Shown in pieces: positions 23,804 to 38,900 of a DNA stretch of 64,000 nucleotides. Under the pieces are notes generated by a model, which ran no database searches, had not been told where the DNA came from, and saw only the letters and a list, made by a program, of their open reading frames with translations. Positions within the stretch are counted from its first letter, which is position 1. Every line of letters begins with the position of its first letter. Origin of the DNA: Octopus bimaculoides (taxonomy: Eukaryota); NCBI RefSeq assembly GCF_001194135.2, contig NC_068984.1, positions 137,139,866 to 137,203,865 of the forward strand. Direction: 5' to 3'. The translations under genes were made by a program, and so were the position numbers.

Positions 23804-26800
23804 ATCAGCACACTGGGCGAAATGCTTAGCAGTATTTCACCTGTCGCAATGCTCTGAGTTCAAATTCCGCCGAGGTTGACTTTGCCTTTCATCCTTTCAG
23901 GGTCGATAAATTAAGTACCAGTGAAATTCTGGGGTCAATATAATCGACTAGTCCCCTCCCCCAAAACTTCAGGCCTTGTGCCTATAGTAGAAAGGATTAT
24001 TATTATTATTATTATTATTAAGGCAATAAGTTGGCAGAATTGTCGATGACATTTACTCTCTCTACATTCCAAGTTCAAATTCCACCGAGGCCGACTTAGC
24101 CTTTCGTCCTTTTGGGGTCGATTACATTGACTATTCTCCTCCCCCCCCCAAATTTCATGCCTTGTGCCTATAGCAGAAATTTTTGCTGTTGTGACTATGT
24201 CTGAAACAATTTCTATTGCTATTTTTCTTCCAGAACCTTCTAGCTGGGAAGAAGGTATCTGAAGAACATGCTTTCAGGAAAATAATAGTAAAGGAAAATA
24301 CAGGTGAGTTAAAATGTTCGGTGGAGAATGCTTCAATGGGTACCTTTATTATGCATGCACCTGTAATATTGCCATTGACCCCTGTAGCAGGGCAGTTGAA
24401 TTATTTTGCCCCTGCGTAACAACACGCTGGTACTGCGTTCCTCTGCCTTTTAAAAGCTAAAATCATAATTGAACCATATTCGTTGACTGGCACCTGTGCC
24501 AGTGGAGCACTAACAGCACCGTCCGAGCGTGGTCATTGCCAGAGCAGCTGTCTGGCTACCATACAAGTGGCACGTAAATAGCACCATTTGAGCATGATCA
24601 TTACCAGCGTCGCATTACTGGCACTTGTGCCAGTGACGCGTTAGAAAACATTCGAGCAAAGTCGTTGCCAGTGCCGCTAGACTGGCTCCTGTGCAGGTGG
24701 CATGTAAAAACACCATTTTGAGCGTGGCCGTTGCCAGTACCGCCTGACTAGCCTTCGTGCCGGTGGCATGTAAAAGCCCCCACTCTCAGAGTGGTTAGCG
24801 TTAGGAAGGTCATCCAGCTGTAGAAACTCTGCCAAATCAGATTGGAGCCTGGTGTAGCCATCTGGTTCCCCAGTCCTGAGTCACATCATCCAACACATGC
24901 TAGCATGGAAAGCGGACGATAAATGATGATGAGGTGGAAGATAGCATGGATATTGTTGTTGTTTATTTTCAGGTCAGCACTGATCAAACTGATCTGTAAT
25001 TAGACATTCCATCCATGACAAACCATCTTTATAAGAGAGTACATTATCTTATCTATTGTGTCCTTCCATTTTGAAGACAGTAGAGTATCATTTGAAGCAG
25101 AATTGATTGCTATTTCTGGCAAGTCAGTCACCCATGTAGAGGATCCATTCCTTAGCACCTGGACAATGAGCTGATGGTTGTTTGTTTTCACTGCATGTAT
25201 GACTATAGCAATTATTCTCTTCATAGTCAATCTTGTTTAATTATAGTGTTTTGTTTCATTTCCTCTGTTCCAGACAGTCAATGGAACCTTCTTATTTTAT
25301 TATCTACTGGTGAACTGTTGGTCTTTAAAGACCTCAACAAAGATTTTTTTGCTTCTGGAGGTAATTGTTTTGTTTTCTATTTTTTCTTTTGATTTATTCA
25401 TTGTTTTAACAGCAAATTTTTAAAAATCTGAATTTGTGTTTAAATTGAATTTCTTAATTTACAAACTGTTTTTAATATTTTTGATATGACCCACCTGAGA
25501 CCACCCAAAAGTTCATAAAAATAAGTCTTGTTTTTACATAATTACATCTAAATTAAAACCTTTTATTATAATATGAAGAAACAGTTATTGCTTCAAACAC
25601 CATTTTCAAAATTAACTGAGACTCAGATACTTGTATAGAGTAAAATAATAAAGGAAGACCTATTCTAGATTTCACAAAACTGATTTTATTAAGCAAAGAA
25701 AAACAATTTTTTTATAAATAAATTTCATATGAAATAAAAAATATATAAATATCAATAAAAAAATATCTAAATACAAGTTTATATTTGGTACAGTTGATGT
25801 AGGAAAATTAAAACCACTTTCTTAAGTTTACTATTTCTTCAAAAACACCCAACAAATATGAAAGGATGCTGGATTCAACATAATTTGGCTGACACTGGAT
25901 TAAATTTATAATTTGGAGAAATGTTTTTATCAATATGTCTATACAAATTAGTGTTGGAAATATTCGGGGAGCATTTATAATTTTAGAAGAAATATATACA
26001 GAGATGTTAAATACTCTCACTCGCAGTGCAAGATGACTATCTCGTTGAACTAAAATTAGTTTTTCTGATTGAACCATGTGCTTGAAATCTTCAATGATAA
26101 AATAATTTAAAAACCTCATTTTGAATAAAAATATATTAAACTGGAATTTTAAAGAATTTTCTAGACAATATAGACTTTAATTGCTTTTCATGTCGTTCCT
26201 CAAACTTTGTTCTAGTATAGATGATGACAAAACAGGTTAAACTTATTCAATTTTACATTGATCTAATTTTATATTCTTTTCAAATTTCAGAAGACCTTGC
26301 AAGCAAACTTTACAAGAGATTGGCCTTCCGTTCCGAAACCTCTAAAATACATCGTAATGGTGCCACAGATGTAATTGTAGCAGATAAGAATATTATTACA
26401 GCAGTATGCTATCTCCTTAAATAATTTTTCTTAGAAATAATACATTTCTAAATCTCTCAGAGAGATTTATGCAGTAGTAATACAATGAAGTACTTGTATG
26501 CTGTCAACTTAATAATTTTTCTTGTTTCAAATTAAATGACTGATTGTTATTTCTTTTAGATCCATTTTAAGGAGGTGGTACGATAGGGTCAGTAGAGCAT
26601 TAGACAAAATATACTGTATTCAACTACTGCACTTTACATTCTGGGTTGAAATTCCACCAATATTGGACTTACCCTTTTGTTCTTTGTTGAAGTGTTTCAC
26701 TTTCTCTTTCCTTTAGGGCAATGGTCCAGCTGTCTTAGCCAGGTGGATTTGGACAGACGGCAAATTGAAAATAACTGACGAAGTGGAAAACGCGCAACTA

Positions 26801-27282
26801 AACAGTTAGTTACTTTTTTTGTTTTCTTGTTCCAATTAGATAACACATCGTCATCAACATTTTACTACATGTGGGTGTTTACCCCTGTTTCTAGGAGTTT
26901 CATGGATCACACGGCATTTTGCCTCCTTTCACCTTCTTTCATGATCGGACACGAGCAACGGGACAGAAAATTCACTCATCTTTGTTGTTATGCATGTCAC
27001 GGTTTTATAACTTGATGATCATCTGCCTAATTGTGACTGAAAGGGTTTGCAAATGATGTCTTCCTCATTTAACATCCGCTTTTTAATGCTTGCATGGATC
27101 AGCCAGAATTTGTGGAGATAGACATTCTACAGTCAGTTGCCCTTTTTGGTCGCCAACCCTACCCAGCTTCCAAGCTAGATATTGTTTTCCCATAGCAAGG
27201 CACATTTTTCACAGAAGACTGGAAACAACAGCCTTGCTTGGTGCTCATTTTCCATCAATCATGTGACATCTAGACCAGGGTA

Positions 27283-27313
<31 letters not shown>

Positions 27314-30300
27314 ATGCCTACATGCACTCATACACACACACACACAATCATGCCTACATACACACGGTGCAACAAGCTTCTTTCAGTTTCCATCTCCCAA
27401 ATCCAGTCTCAAGACTACAGTAGAAAAACACTTCCCCAAGGTGCTGTGCAATGGGACTGAACCCAAGACCACATGGTTAGGAAGCAAGCTTCTCAATTAC
27501 AACTGAATAAGCTCTATTTCAGACACCTACAGCATTTCTTAATGATTCCATATATAACAGAACAATTATTCTCTTTTGTTGAAACCCAAAAGGGTTGGGT
27601 TTTGTGTGTGTATGTTCTGGACCAGTACCAGACTGCAGGCCATAGTTTAGGCAGCAGCAATATTCCCATTCCAACAACAAACAGTTTGTTTGTTTTCTTT
27701 CTTTGTTAGATAGCTTTTACTCTGCCATGAAAATTATTTGCATATCAGACATCTTGTTAATGTCTTCACTTCACCTGATCAAGAATGCTGTATTCCGCTT
27801 TTGTAGATGTTGGTATTAAGTCCATTCAGACAACATTGAATGGGAAATATTTCTTCGTTCTGGATAAAAATGTGAGTAGTCTGTGGTTTGACAATTTTTC
27901 TTCTCTCTCTTTATATGATTTTGTCCCAGACAAAGCTTGAGGCCACTGAAGCATAAGGGAGTACATCAAAAGAAATGAAGGGACCTATACATTTAAAACA
28001 GCTGTCTAGCTTCCATGCTAGTGGCCCGTAAATAGCACCATTTGAGCATAATCATTACCAGCGTTGCCTTCTAGCACTTGTGCTGGTGGCACGTTTGAAA
28101 AACATTCCAGCGAGGTTGTTGCCGGTGCTGCTGGACTGGCTCACGTACAGGTGGCACGTAAAAAACACCGTTTTGAGCGTGGCTGTTGCCAGTATCGTGT
28201 GCTGGTGGCACGTAAAAGCACCCACTACACTCTCCAAGTGGTTGGCGTTAGGAAGGGCATCCAGCTGTAGAAACTCTGCCAGATCAGATTGGAGCCTGGT
28301 GCAGCCTTCTGGCTTGCCAGTCCTCAGTCAAATTGTCCAACCCATGCTAGCATGGAAAGCAGACTTTAAACGATGATGATGATTGACAGAAAGTTTGTCC
28401 ATCTCGCATTCAGATTACTCTGTCAAATCTCTTTTACTTGTTTCAGTCATTTGACTGTGGCCATGCTGGAGCACTGCCTTTAGTTGAGCAAATCGACCCC
28501 AGGACTTATTCTTTGTATGCCTAGTACTTATTCTAGCGGTCTCTTTTGCCAAACCGCTGGTGTGTTTTGTTATAACATCTTGTTTTTTTTGTTTGTTTTT
28601 TTTATCTTTTCTTTCTTTTTGTCTGTCTGCAGGAAACTCTGAGCCTCTGGGATGCCACTTCTTTGATTCTTTTAGAAATTTTCTCAAACTTGACTGTGAA
28701 AGGATTCAACGTTCTGGATACAAGTGCTTTATCAAGCTCAAGGTAAACTAATTCATTTAACTCGTTAGCATTCACATTGCTTTGTCAAATGTTATGCTTA
28801 TTTATTCATATTTAACATTGGTAATGTTCCATGCTTGAGAAGACCCATCAAGCCAAGTGAAATCATAGTTGTGACACATACTGGTGGCACGTAAAAGCGC
28901 CCATTACACTCTCAGAGTGGTTGGCGTTAGGAAGGGCATCAAGCCGTAGAAAACCATGCCAAATCAGACTGGTGTCTGGTGCAGCCCCTCAGCTTTCCAG
29001 CCCTGGTCAAATCATCCGACCTATGCCACCATGGACACCAGACGTTAAATGATGATGATGAATCTGGTACTTATTCTCTTGGTCTCCTTTACTGATTTAG
29101 CAATTTATGGAAGCATAAACACACCAACAGAGGGTGAAGCAGAATAGGAGGATTTGGTGGTGGTGGCAGTGGCGGCCACAAACACAAAGACATTCACGCA
29201 CACACATACATATGTACATTGATATCATTATCATCATCATTTAGCGTCTGCTTTCCATGCTGCCATGGGTTAAATGATGATGAGGAATGTAAATCTGCTT
29301 AAAACTAATATAAATCAGAGTTTCGAAAAGATGTTTAAATTGTTATTCAGCTACTAAAATCAAATGCATATTAATTATTCTGGCTATAATCCTCCTTTTA
29401 ATCTGTTGTTTTAATCTGTTTTTTAGCCTCAAAAATATTCGAGTTGTTATCCTGAGGAAGGAGAAACCCAGTGAAACTTTTCTAGAAGTACGACAGCTGC
29501 CTGGTTTTGAATGTATCTACCAATTAAAACTGGGTGCAGTCGTTGAGCTCACTCAATCAAATTCTACCCAGGTAGGTTCTTTCTCTAATTTTAAATTTCT
29601 TCTTTTTTTAAGAGGTGCTAACATGGCTATGTGGTTAAGAAGCTCGCTTAGCAACCACGTGGTTTCAGGTTCAGTCCTACGGCATGGTGCCTTAGACAGA
29701 TGTGTTGCTTTTAGAGGAGATACATGGTTTCACCTGTTGGAAAAGAGAGAGGACTGTAGTGAAGATGTGGCAGGGTGTGCCATCCTTGGATGAAATAAAT
29801 GCTAGATGCTCGGGTAGATTCGTTATAATATCTGTGCCAAGGGTGGTGAGCTGGCAGGACCGTTAACATGCCACGCTGAATCATTAACATGCGAACTGGC
29901 AGAATCGTTAAAGTGCTTAGCAGGATTTCATCCATCTTTACATTTTGAGTTCAAAATCTGCTAGGGCCAACTTCACCTTTCATTCTTTCAGGGTTAATAA
30001 AGTAAGTACCAGTTGAGCACTGGGATCAATATAATCAACTTAACCCTTCCCCTGACCTTGTGCCAAAATTTAAAATTATATCATCATCATCATATTATAT
30101 TTGTACCATCATTTAGAAATGGTTAACTAATAATGATGAAGGCATCAGATTATTAGCCAAAATGGCTAATATTTGTGTCTTGTTTACAACATCTATACCA
30201 GGTCCTTTAATAAATCGTTAACTGGTCTCACTTTATATTAAACAGAATTTGCTTAAAAGAGCAAAAACGAAGTATAGACATCCTCTGATTTGAGGAATGT

Positions 30301-33300
30301 GACAGGAAGCTGTTTGTTCAGGTACTCAGCCTCACCTATGGACTTCTTTTACCTGAGTCAGTAATCAACTTTGGTTCTGGGTCCAATTATGTTTTGATGA
30401 TCCATGCTGGAGCATAACAGTTCATATTGTGTTAAGTCATGTACAGGTATCCACAATCAATAATTTGTGGATTGCTCGGCCAGTTGCATGTTAATTTCAC
30501 GAGCAGGCTCTTCCGTTGTTGATCAGATCAACTGGAATCCTGATCGTCGTAACCAACAAAGTGCCAGAACAGGTAATCCATCACTTGATAAAGGCCTTAC
30601 TTAGCTATGAAAAATTCCACCACAGCAAACTAATGAAAACGAAATTCTGATGTCTAGAATTGTTTATTTGCAGGAGAATTTGAATATTGTCGAAGGTTGT
30701 ACAGATCTGATGTAAGTAAGATGTTTTTGTCTAAACATTTTCATCATTTAACATCCACTTTTCCATGCTTGCATGGGTTAGATGGAATTTGCTTTTAGGT
30801 AGATTAAGTGGTGACAATTAGAATGTTGCTTGTAATGTAGAACAGGATGCAACTAGATCACATTGTAGATATTACAATATGAAATAAACTGCACCTTTTA
30901 CCTGTGTATTCTCTAACTTAACGATACCAAAAAGGTTTTCTAACATAACCACATTTTATTTATTTGTCGGTCTTTTTCTATAGAAATCCTGAGAGTTTTG
31001 AATCCTTGCGATTTCGTCTCATAACAGAAAGTGATGCAGAAACACGGTTCGTTGACCATTGCTATTTTATCGTCAAATTATCTTCTGTGTTATAAATTAT
31101 GAAATCATGCTTGTGTGTGTGTATATACATGGAGAAAGAGAGAGTTTATATTATTTGTATTATTTTCATATGCATTTCAGGTTTCAGACTTTGCTTCGTA
31201 AGATGCGCTTTGAAGAAGCCAAGAATTTTGCAGAACAGTATGGCCTTGACATACAGGTAAATGGTATTTGTCTTATTTAGATTTCTGCTTGTTGACCAAG
31301 TTTCACTTCTTACAATCTTCTATGGAAAAACAACCTAATGCTATTTACTTTATTGTCTTCATTTAATACATTTTCTGACAACCAGAGTAACATTAACTCT
31401 TTTGATACCAACCCGGCTGAAACCGCCTCTGGCTCTGTAGTACCCAGTATGATCATTGTAAACAGAAGAAATATTCAACTGTTCAATAGACTATAGATTG
31501 TTACTGCAATGGCAACTTGTATATTTGTGTGAAGGCACGTGGCGGTTGAGGTATTCAGCTCATGGTTGTAAGGTCATGAGTTCAATTCCCTGCAACACAT
31601 TGTATCCTTGAGCAAGGCACTTTATTTCTTGTTGCTCCAGTTCATTCGACTTGCAAAAGTGAGTTGTACTTCTAAATTCAAAAACCCAACCTTGTCACAT
31701 TCTGTGTCAAGCTGAATCCCCTTGAAAACTATGTTAAGGGTATGCATGTTTGTGGAGTACTCAGTCACTTGCGATCAATGGAACAGGTTGTTCCTTCAAT
31801 CGGATTAACTGGAACCCTCGTCATAACCAACAGAGTGCCAGTATATACTTGTAGGGTAAAAATGTTCACATATTTATACCAAAACAAAATGTCTAAATGC
31901 CATTTCTTTTTACAGTCTCTCCACAAAGCTCATTTAAAGCATATTTTAGATATGCTGTCTCCATGGAGAGAAGACACTGTCGACAATAAAGAAGAACTGA
32001 CGAATAAGCTGTGGCCTCTTCTCAAGCTGGTTAAAGTAAGTACAGAATTCTTCCTTCTATTTGATTTCATTCTTATCTTCTCCTGCCAACATAGATATTT
32101 TCTCTCTCTCTCTAACCATCTATCCTTTTTCTCTTTCGTTTTTTTCATGCTTGAGTGGTCAGTGAAGGGCATCCAACTGTAGAAACAAGTACTCCATGAA
32201 AACACCCTCTCACTCGGATGGTGGAGAGACACACAGACACACAAATATACACACACACACAGAGAAACTTCGCAAGCTATCAAGATGTAAAACAGTTGCT
32301 CCCACAACGTCTTTCTGGTGGTTAATTCCATGCTTGCATGGTTTGGACTGGTTGTTGCACATCAAATCAGACTTTATTTCATGGTTACTCCCTTTGTTGA
32401 TTAGTCAGGGACCACGTCTCCCTCATACCGTCTGTTTATGACATGTCATTAAAGAGGTTGCCTTACTCTTGGCAATACTCTCAGGTGCGTCCTCTCTGTT
32501 TGTTCAACAGCATCACAGGATAATCTTTTTTTCTTTTTTAGGTGAGGGACAATTTATATATTTTTAAACTAGGGAAAGGTATTGCTTCAACAAATATTGT
32601 CTTGCACACTACTTTGCGACTTTGAGGTGCCACATAAGAAAACACCTGTATCAGCACCATGGAAAAAGCACTTGTGCCTGCATCGTGTGGAAGACATCCT
32701 TGCCAGTGCCACACAAAGAGCACCCAATACACTCTGTAAAGTGGGTTGGCGTCAGGAAGAGCATCCAGCTGTAGAAACTCTGCCAGATCAGATTGGAGCC
32801 TGGTGTAGTCATCTGGTTCACCAGTCCTCAGTCAAATCGTCCAACCCATGCTAGCATGGAAAGCGGACGTTAAACGATGATGATGATGATTGAGTGGTTT
32901 GTAGTGGGTTGACTTTTCCATCAGTTCCAGTTGTTAACAAAGTAGATGATCATAAAATCCTATTTAGTGACACTGACTGATTTTGTTTGTTTTGATTCTT
33001 GCTTTTCTTTTCAGGATGACCATTTTGTTGTGCAATTGTGCCTCTCCACAAGTTTGACCACTTTCTCAGACACACACAAATTACTAGAATACATCAAGTT
33101 ACGGGTAAGTACATATTCCATCCAGTTTGTGTACTTTGTAGAGTTCATCATCCTTGTTTATTCTGTATTATATAGGTATCACTGATATTTTAAAGGCCTT
33201 TTCACTGCCAAACGCACTCTGTATCAGCATCGTCACCCTATATCTAGTTAACAGACTAACTTTATTCTATCATCTTCCAGTGTCACGTATAAAGCACCTG

Positions 33301-35895
33301 TGCTGGTGTCATGTAATAGTACTGGTGCTGGTTCCATGTACAAAAGCACCCAGTACACTCTGTAAAGTGGATGACATTAGGAAGGGCATCCAGGTGTAGA
33401 AACCATGCCAAAACAGACAATTGGGACCTGGTACAGTTCTCTGACTGGCCAGCTCCTGTCAACCCACCCAACCCATGCCAGCATAGAAAATCCATCATAA
33501 TCATAGTTTAATGTCCATTTACCATGCTGGCATGGGTTGGACAGTTTGGCTGAGGTCTGGAGAGCCAGCAGCTGCACCAGGCTCCAATCTGATCTGGCAA
33601 GGTTTCTACAGCTGGATGCCCTTCCTAAATGTTAAAATGATGATGATAGCGATGATTTTATGCAAAACCCAAACTATTGTAGGAAAGAGCTTGTCATATC
33701 CATTTTGGTTTTGTATCTTTTTCCAGTTTTTGAAATGTTCGGTATTTGTTTCGTTTTTCAGTTGACCAACAAACCAGCCAACGAAAAGACTGAATTAGAC
33801 AACACTCTCTTAAATAAAGTAAGATTAACAAAAATTATTATTTTGAATGGTTACCCACTCACCCCTATCCTGTACTGCTTCTCTTATATTCACCTCCCTG
33901 TAACATAAGGGTACCCCTAACACATCATCAACACTATCTTCTTCAACCCATATGCACAAATAGGATGTTGGCTAGTAGCATTTAGGTGGCTGGCTGTGGT
34001 ATAGTGTATCTAGAGGCATCAGTTCCTTTGTATTGGATACTGCAAAATGATGGAGTAGGATGTTGGCATGAGCCAGTAACTGAGTAATAACACATTCTCT
34101 CTCACTCTCTCTCTTTCTCTTTTAGGTGAAGCAGGTGCTCTATCGTTTCTACACTTTCTGTTTTGCGCTTGGTCGTAAATATTACAAGTAAGAGAATTTA
34201 TCTTTTTTTTGTATGTCTCTACAATCTAAAACTGAAGAATTTCCTGTCATTCTCTGTTTCTTTTTTTTTTTTCTCCATCATTTTCATTTTATTTATTTAT
34301 TTTTGTCTAACAGAGCAGAAGTATGGGAAGATTTCAAGAAGGCCGATCTCTTTCACAAGATAATCAACTCTTTCCATAGCGAGTTACTTCATGTAGCGTT
34401 TACAATTTGGAGAAGGCACCATGTAAGTTATAGAAGGTTTCTTTAACCCTTTTAATGATACCACCCCAACTTCTTTGATACAAACTTCCTGCCTCAAAGT
34501 AATCTCAATTAAAGCCTTTAATTACAATTTCTACTTTCATGCCTTCATGTTCTTAAATTAACCTTTAGCATGCTGCATTTTCTTTAGAATTGTTTCCCCT
34601 GTTACTACAGGGGAGAAAACTCATACTGTGACATGATGTAACTACTGTATGCTAAAGGTTAAAACAGTCACTGGCATAATGAGCTTCATATATTCAGCTG
34701 TTTCATCACTCTCAATGTCCGAGGCTTTGTACCTGTGTGTAATAAAGTGAGATTTCTAAATGAATTTTTATAATTTGAGGTCGGTTTTCATTTTACTTTC
34801 TCACTTTCTTCTTTGTCCATCTATCTTCAAGCATGAAATTGCGAGATTGCATTCTGTTGACTCCCTGGAACTGATGCTAAACAGTCTACCACTCCATGTC
34901 AGCATCACCCAGCTGCAGGCATGGTTACTGGAAGATTTCATCCCGTATGTTATTAGAGTGATTCCACGTAGTTTGGTAAGATTCTTAGTTTCTATCATAA
35001 CCAGTTTCAATCATCGCGTGTGTGTCTTTCTGATTGTTTCAGCTCCTGATTTACTTAATACTGAATAGATCAGACATTGCTATGTGGTTAAGAAGTTTGC
35101 TTTGCAACCATAGGGTTTCAGGTTCAGTCCCACTGTATGGCACCTTGGGTAGGTGTCTTCTATTTTCTGCTTCTTGTTCTGTTTACCACTGCTTCGACTC
35201 TTTCTGTCTCTCTCCCTCTTTCCTACTATATCTCCAGGCCAACCAGAGCCCTGTGAGTGGATCCAGACTCATACACCTACATGTGTACAAAATTGCTTGG
35301 TGCAGTCATGATACAGTATTTAAAGAAAGATTTTCTTAAATGTTAACTGTTTTAAAAATGTCTTAGATAAACAGAACGACGCTTATCTTTTGATATAAAA
35401 TTTGCACATTGTGTGTGTGTGTGTGTAAGCACTTTCATTACTCAATTTTTTTTCAAAAACATGTGCGTGTGTGTTTCTGTTTACTTGACATCACGTGATT
35501 GTTGTGTGTGTGTCATTGTCATACTAGCAGTGTCATTTATTTCCAATATACTGTGAGAACATGACTGACTATAAATAGTGGGAGAAGGGAATTACTTTAC
35601 CTGGCAGATGTATCATAAAATTACTAAATGACAATTAAGAGGAACTCAACTTGAGAAGGGGTGACTGTCTCAAAAATAAAGAATTTCTCTAAAACTGACC
35701 TGCCATTAAGGAAAAGGATAGTTTTACTCTCTGGAGACGCTCATGGACCTGTGTTTCTGGCTCAATAGCTGTCATCAGCACAGAAATTATCCAACTTTAT
35801 TTGCTGTAAGCAAAGGATTTGACTTACACAAAAAAAAAAACCAGGAGAAAACTATCTCTCGTTTTACTTTCTACTTCCTGTTCTGTCTACCACTA

Positions 35896-35943
<48 letters not shown>

Positions 35944-38900
35944 NNNNNNNNNNNNNNNNNNNNNNNNNNNNNNNNNNNNNNNNNNNNNNNNNNNNNNNNN
36001 NNNNNNNNNNNNNNNNNNNNNNNNNNNNNNNNNNNNNNNNNNNNNNNNNNNNNNNNNNNNNNNNNNNNNNNNNNNNNNNNNNNNNNNNNNNNNNNNNNNN
36101 NNNNNNNNNNNNNNNNNNNNNNNNNNNNNNNNNNNNNNNNNNNNNNNNNNNNNNNNNNNNNNNNNNNNNNNNNNNNNNNNNNNNNNNNNNNNNNNNNNNN
36201 NNNNNNNNNNNNNNNNNNNNNNNNNNNNNNNNNNNNNNNNNNNNNNNNNNNNNNNNNNNNNNNNNNNNNNNNNNNNNNNNNNNNNNNNNNNNNNNNNNNN
36301 NNNNNNNNNNNNNNNNNNNNNNNNNNNNNNNNNNNNNNNNNNNNNNNNNNNNNNNNNNNNNNNNNNNNNNNNNNNNNNNNNNNNNNNNNNNNNNNNNNNN
36401 NNNNNNNNNNNNNNNNNNNNNNNNNNNNNNNNNNNNNNNNNNNNNNNNNNNNNGACAGACAAACGGATTAAGTCGATTAGATCGACCCCAGTACGCAACT
36501 GGTACTTAATTTATCGACCCTGAAAGTATGAAAGGCAAAATCGACTTCGGCAGATTTTGAACTCAGAACGTAAAGACGGATGAAATACCGCTAAGCATTT
36601 CGCCCGGCGTGTTAACGTTTCCTATTTCTTTATTGCCCACAAGGGGCTAAACATAGATGGGACAAACAAGGACAGACAAACGGATTAAGTCGATTACATC
36701 GGCTCCAGTGCGTAACTTGTACTTAATTTATCGATCCCGAAAGGATGAAAGGCAAAGTCAACCTCGGCAGAATTTGAATTCAGAACGTAGCGGCAGACAA
36801 AATACCAGTAAGCATTCCGCCCGGCGTGCTAACGTTTCTGCCAGCTCGCCACCTTTTTTTGCTATTTCTGGCTGGTTGTATGATCATGTAAAGGCTCGCT
36901 GTTTGTGGTATCACTGTCAAGAATTTTGCATGTCTATTGTGGAATCTAGAGTTTTTCTCTTGATAACTTTGTTATTCATTTACAGATATAGGCTGCATGA
37001 ATGTGTAATAAAACTGACTTCCCAATGACTTGGCTTTGGTATTATCATTCTAAGAGTGGATGCATGCTTCATAAAAGGGATCTAGGGATTTGTTTCTCAG
37101 AGTTTCAAAAAATGGTATAACTATCAGTGGTCAACCTACATTAGAAAGAGACCATCTGTTATTAGTATCGTAATTGTTATGTAATTAGGAATATTTGATT
37201 ATGATAATGAAGACTTTCATTTTACTGTTTTTATTCTAGGCTGAATGGCCATCAAACGCTCTGTGTGTGATGGAAACTTTCTATAAGAAGTTTACCAGTT
37301 TGTTAAACATGTCCTCCGACCAATGCATGTCAACACCTTCTGAGACAGCTCTCAAGGTAAGATTTCACAAGTTACAGGTTGGTCCTTCATTAAATCATCA
37401 ACTTTACAATACCGCTACAGCTTCATGATCTTATCACCATCGCTTTTGTATTTTATTCCTATCTTGGCTGTGGTTGCGGTGGAGGCACAATGGCCCAGTG
37501 GTTAGGGCAGCGGACTCGCGGTTTCGATTCCCAGACCGGGCATTGTGAGTGTTTATTGAGCGAAAACACCTAAAGCTCCACGAGGCTCCAGCAGGGGATG
37601 GTGGCAAACCCTGCTGTACTCTTCCACCACAACTTTCTCTCACTCTTTCTTCCCGTTTCTGTTGTGCCTATAATTCAAAGGGTCAGCCTTGTCACACTGT
37701 GTCACGCTGAATATTCCCGAGAACTACGTTAAGGGTACACGTGTCTGTGGAGTGCTCAGCCACTTCGTTAATTTCACGAGCAGGCTGTTCCGTTGATCGG
37801 ATCAACTGGAACCCTCGACGTCGTAAGCGACAGAGTGCCAACAACAAATAGCTGTGGTTGCTATGATCTGAGCTCTTCTCCAGATTTATTGTCTACCTGT
37901 TCAAGTTGAAGGACCATATCTTCTGCAAGACGTTCTATCTTTCTACAGTAGGATCCGTCGGCAGCAGCCACCCTCAGTGCATCTTTCAATCGAAGGTTGA
38001 GGGAATACCTGTTGCCCTAACTACTGTAATTCATTTTCCTCCTTGAACCGTTTTTGTGGTTTGAGAATTTCCTTTTCCAAGGCCACGTTGCTATCTTGAA
38101 GTTCAACCACTTGCATTTTGTGTGGATTTTCTTCTGTTGATTGCTAGCCAAGGTCCACAAAGTGTAGAGTGGCTCCCCTTCAGTCACAAACACCTGATCT
38201 TTAGTCTTCTCGGCCATTGCCACATCTCCTTTGCCCATTTAATTTTGCCATGTCAACACCACTCCCTCATGTGCTTTAGCCTGTCATCTGAGGTGCTACA
38301 TCAGAGTGTAATATTTAGGGGCTGAGTGAGGGGCCAGTGATGCCTGTCCACTCTACCACTTAAGGGTCCGAGCCCCTTTGATATTACCTCTTCTCAGAGC
38401 TCCCTACACTTCTGCTGCCGTCTTTCCTTAACTTTGTCTCCTTCAGTATTTCCAGATTATTATTATTATTATTATTATTATTATGTCGACTTTGCCTTTC
38501 ATCCGTTTGGGGGGGTCAATAAAATATGTACCTGTTGGGTACTGGGGTTAATTACATCGACCTACCCCATTCCCCCAAACTTGGTGGCATGGCTGTGTGG
38601 TAAGAAGTTTGCTTCCCAACGACATGGTTCCGAGTTCAGTCCCACTGTGTGGCATGTTGGGCAAGTGTCTTCCACTATAGTCTCAGGCTGACCAAAGCCT
38701 TGTGAGTGGATTTGGTAGACAGAAACTAAAAGAAGCCCATCATGTGTGTGTATGTATGTATATATGTGTGTATCTGTGTTTGTCCCCCTACCTTCGCTTG
38801 ACAACCGANNNNNNNNNNNNNNNNNNNNNNNNNNNNNNNNNNNNNNNNNNNNNNNNNNNNNNNNNNNNNNNNNNNNNNNNNNNNNNNNNNNNNNNNNNNN

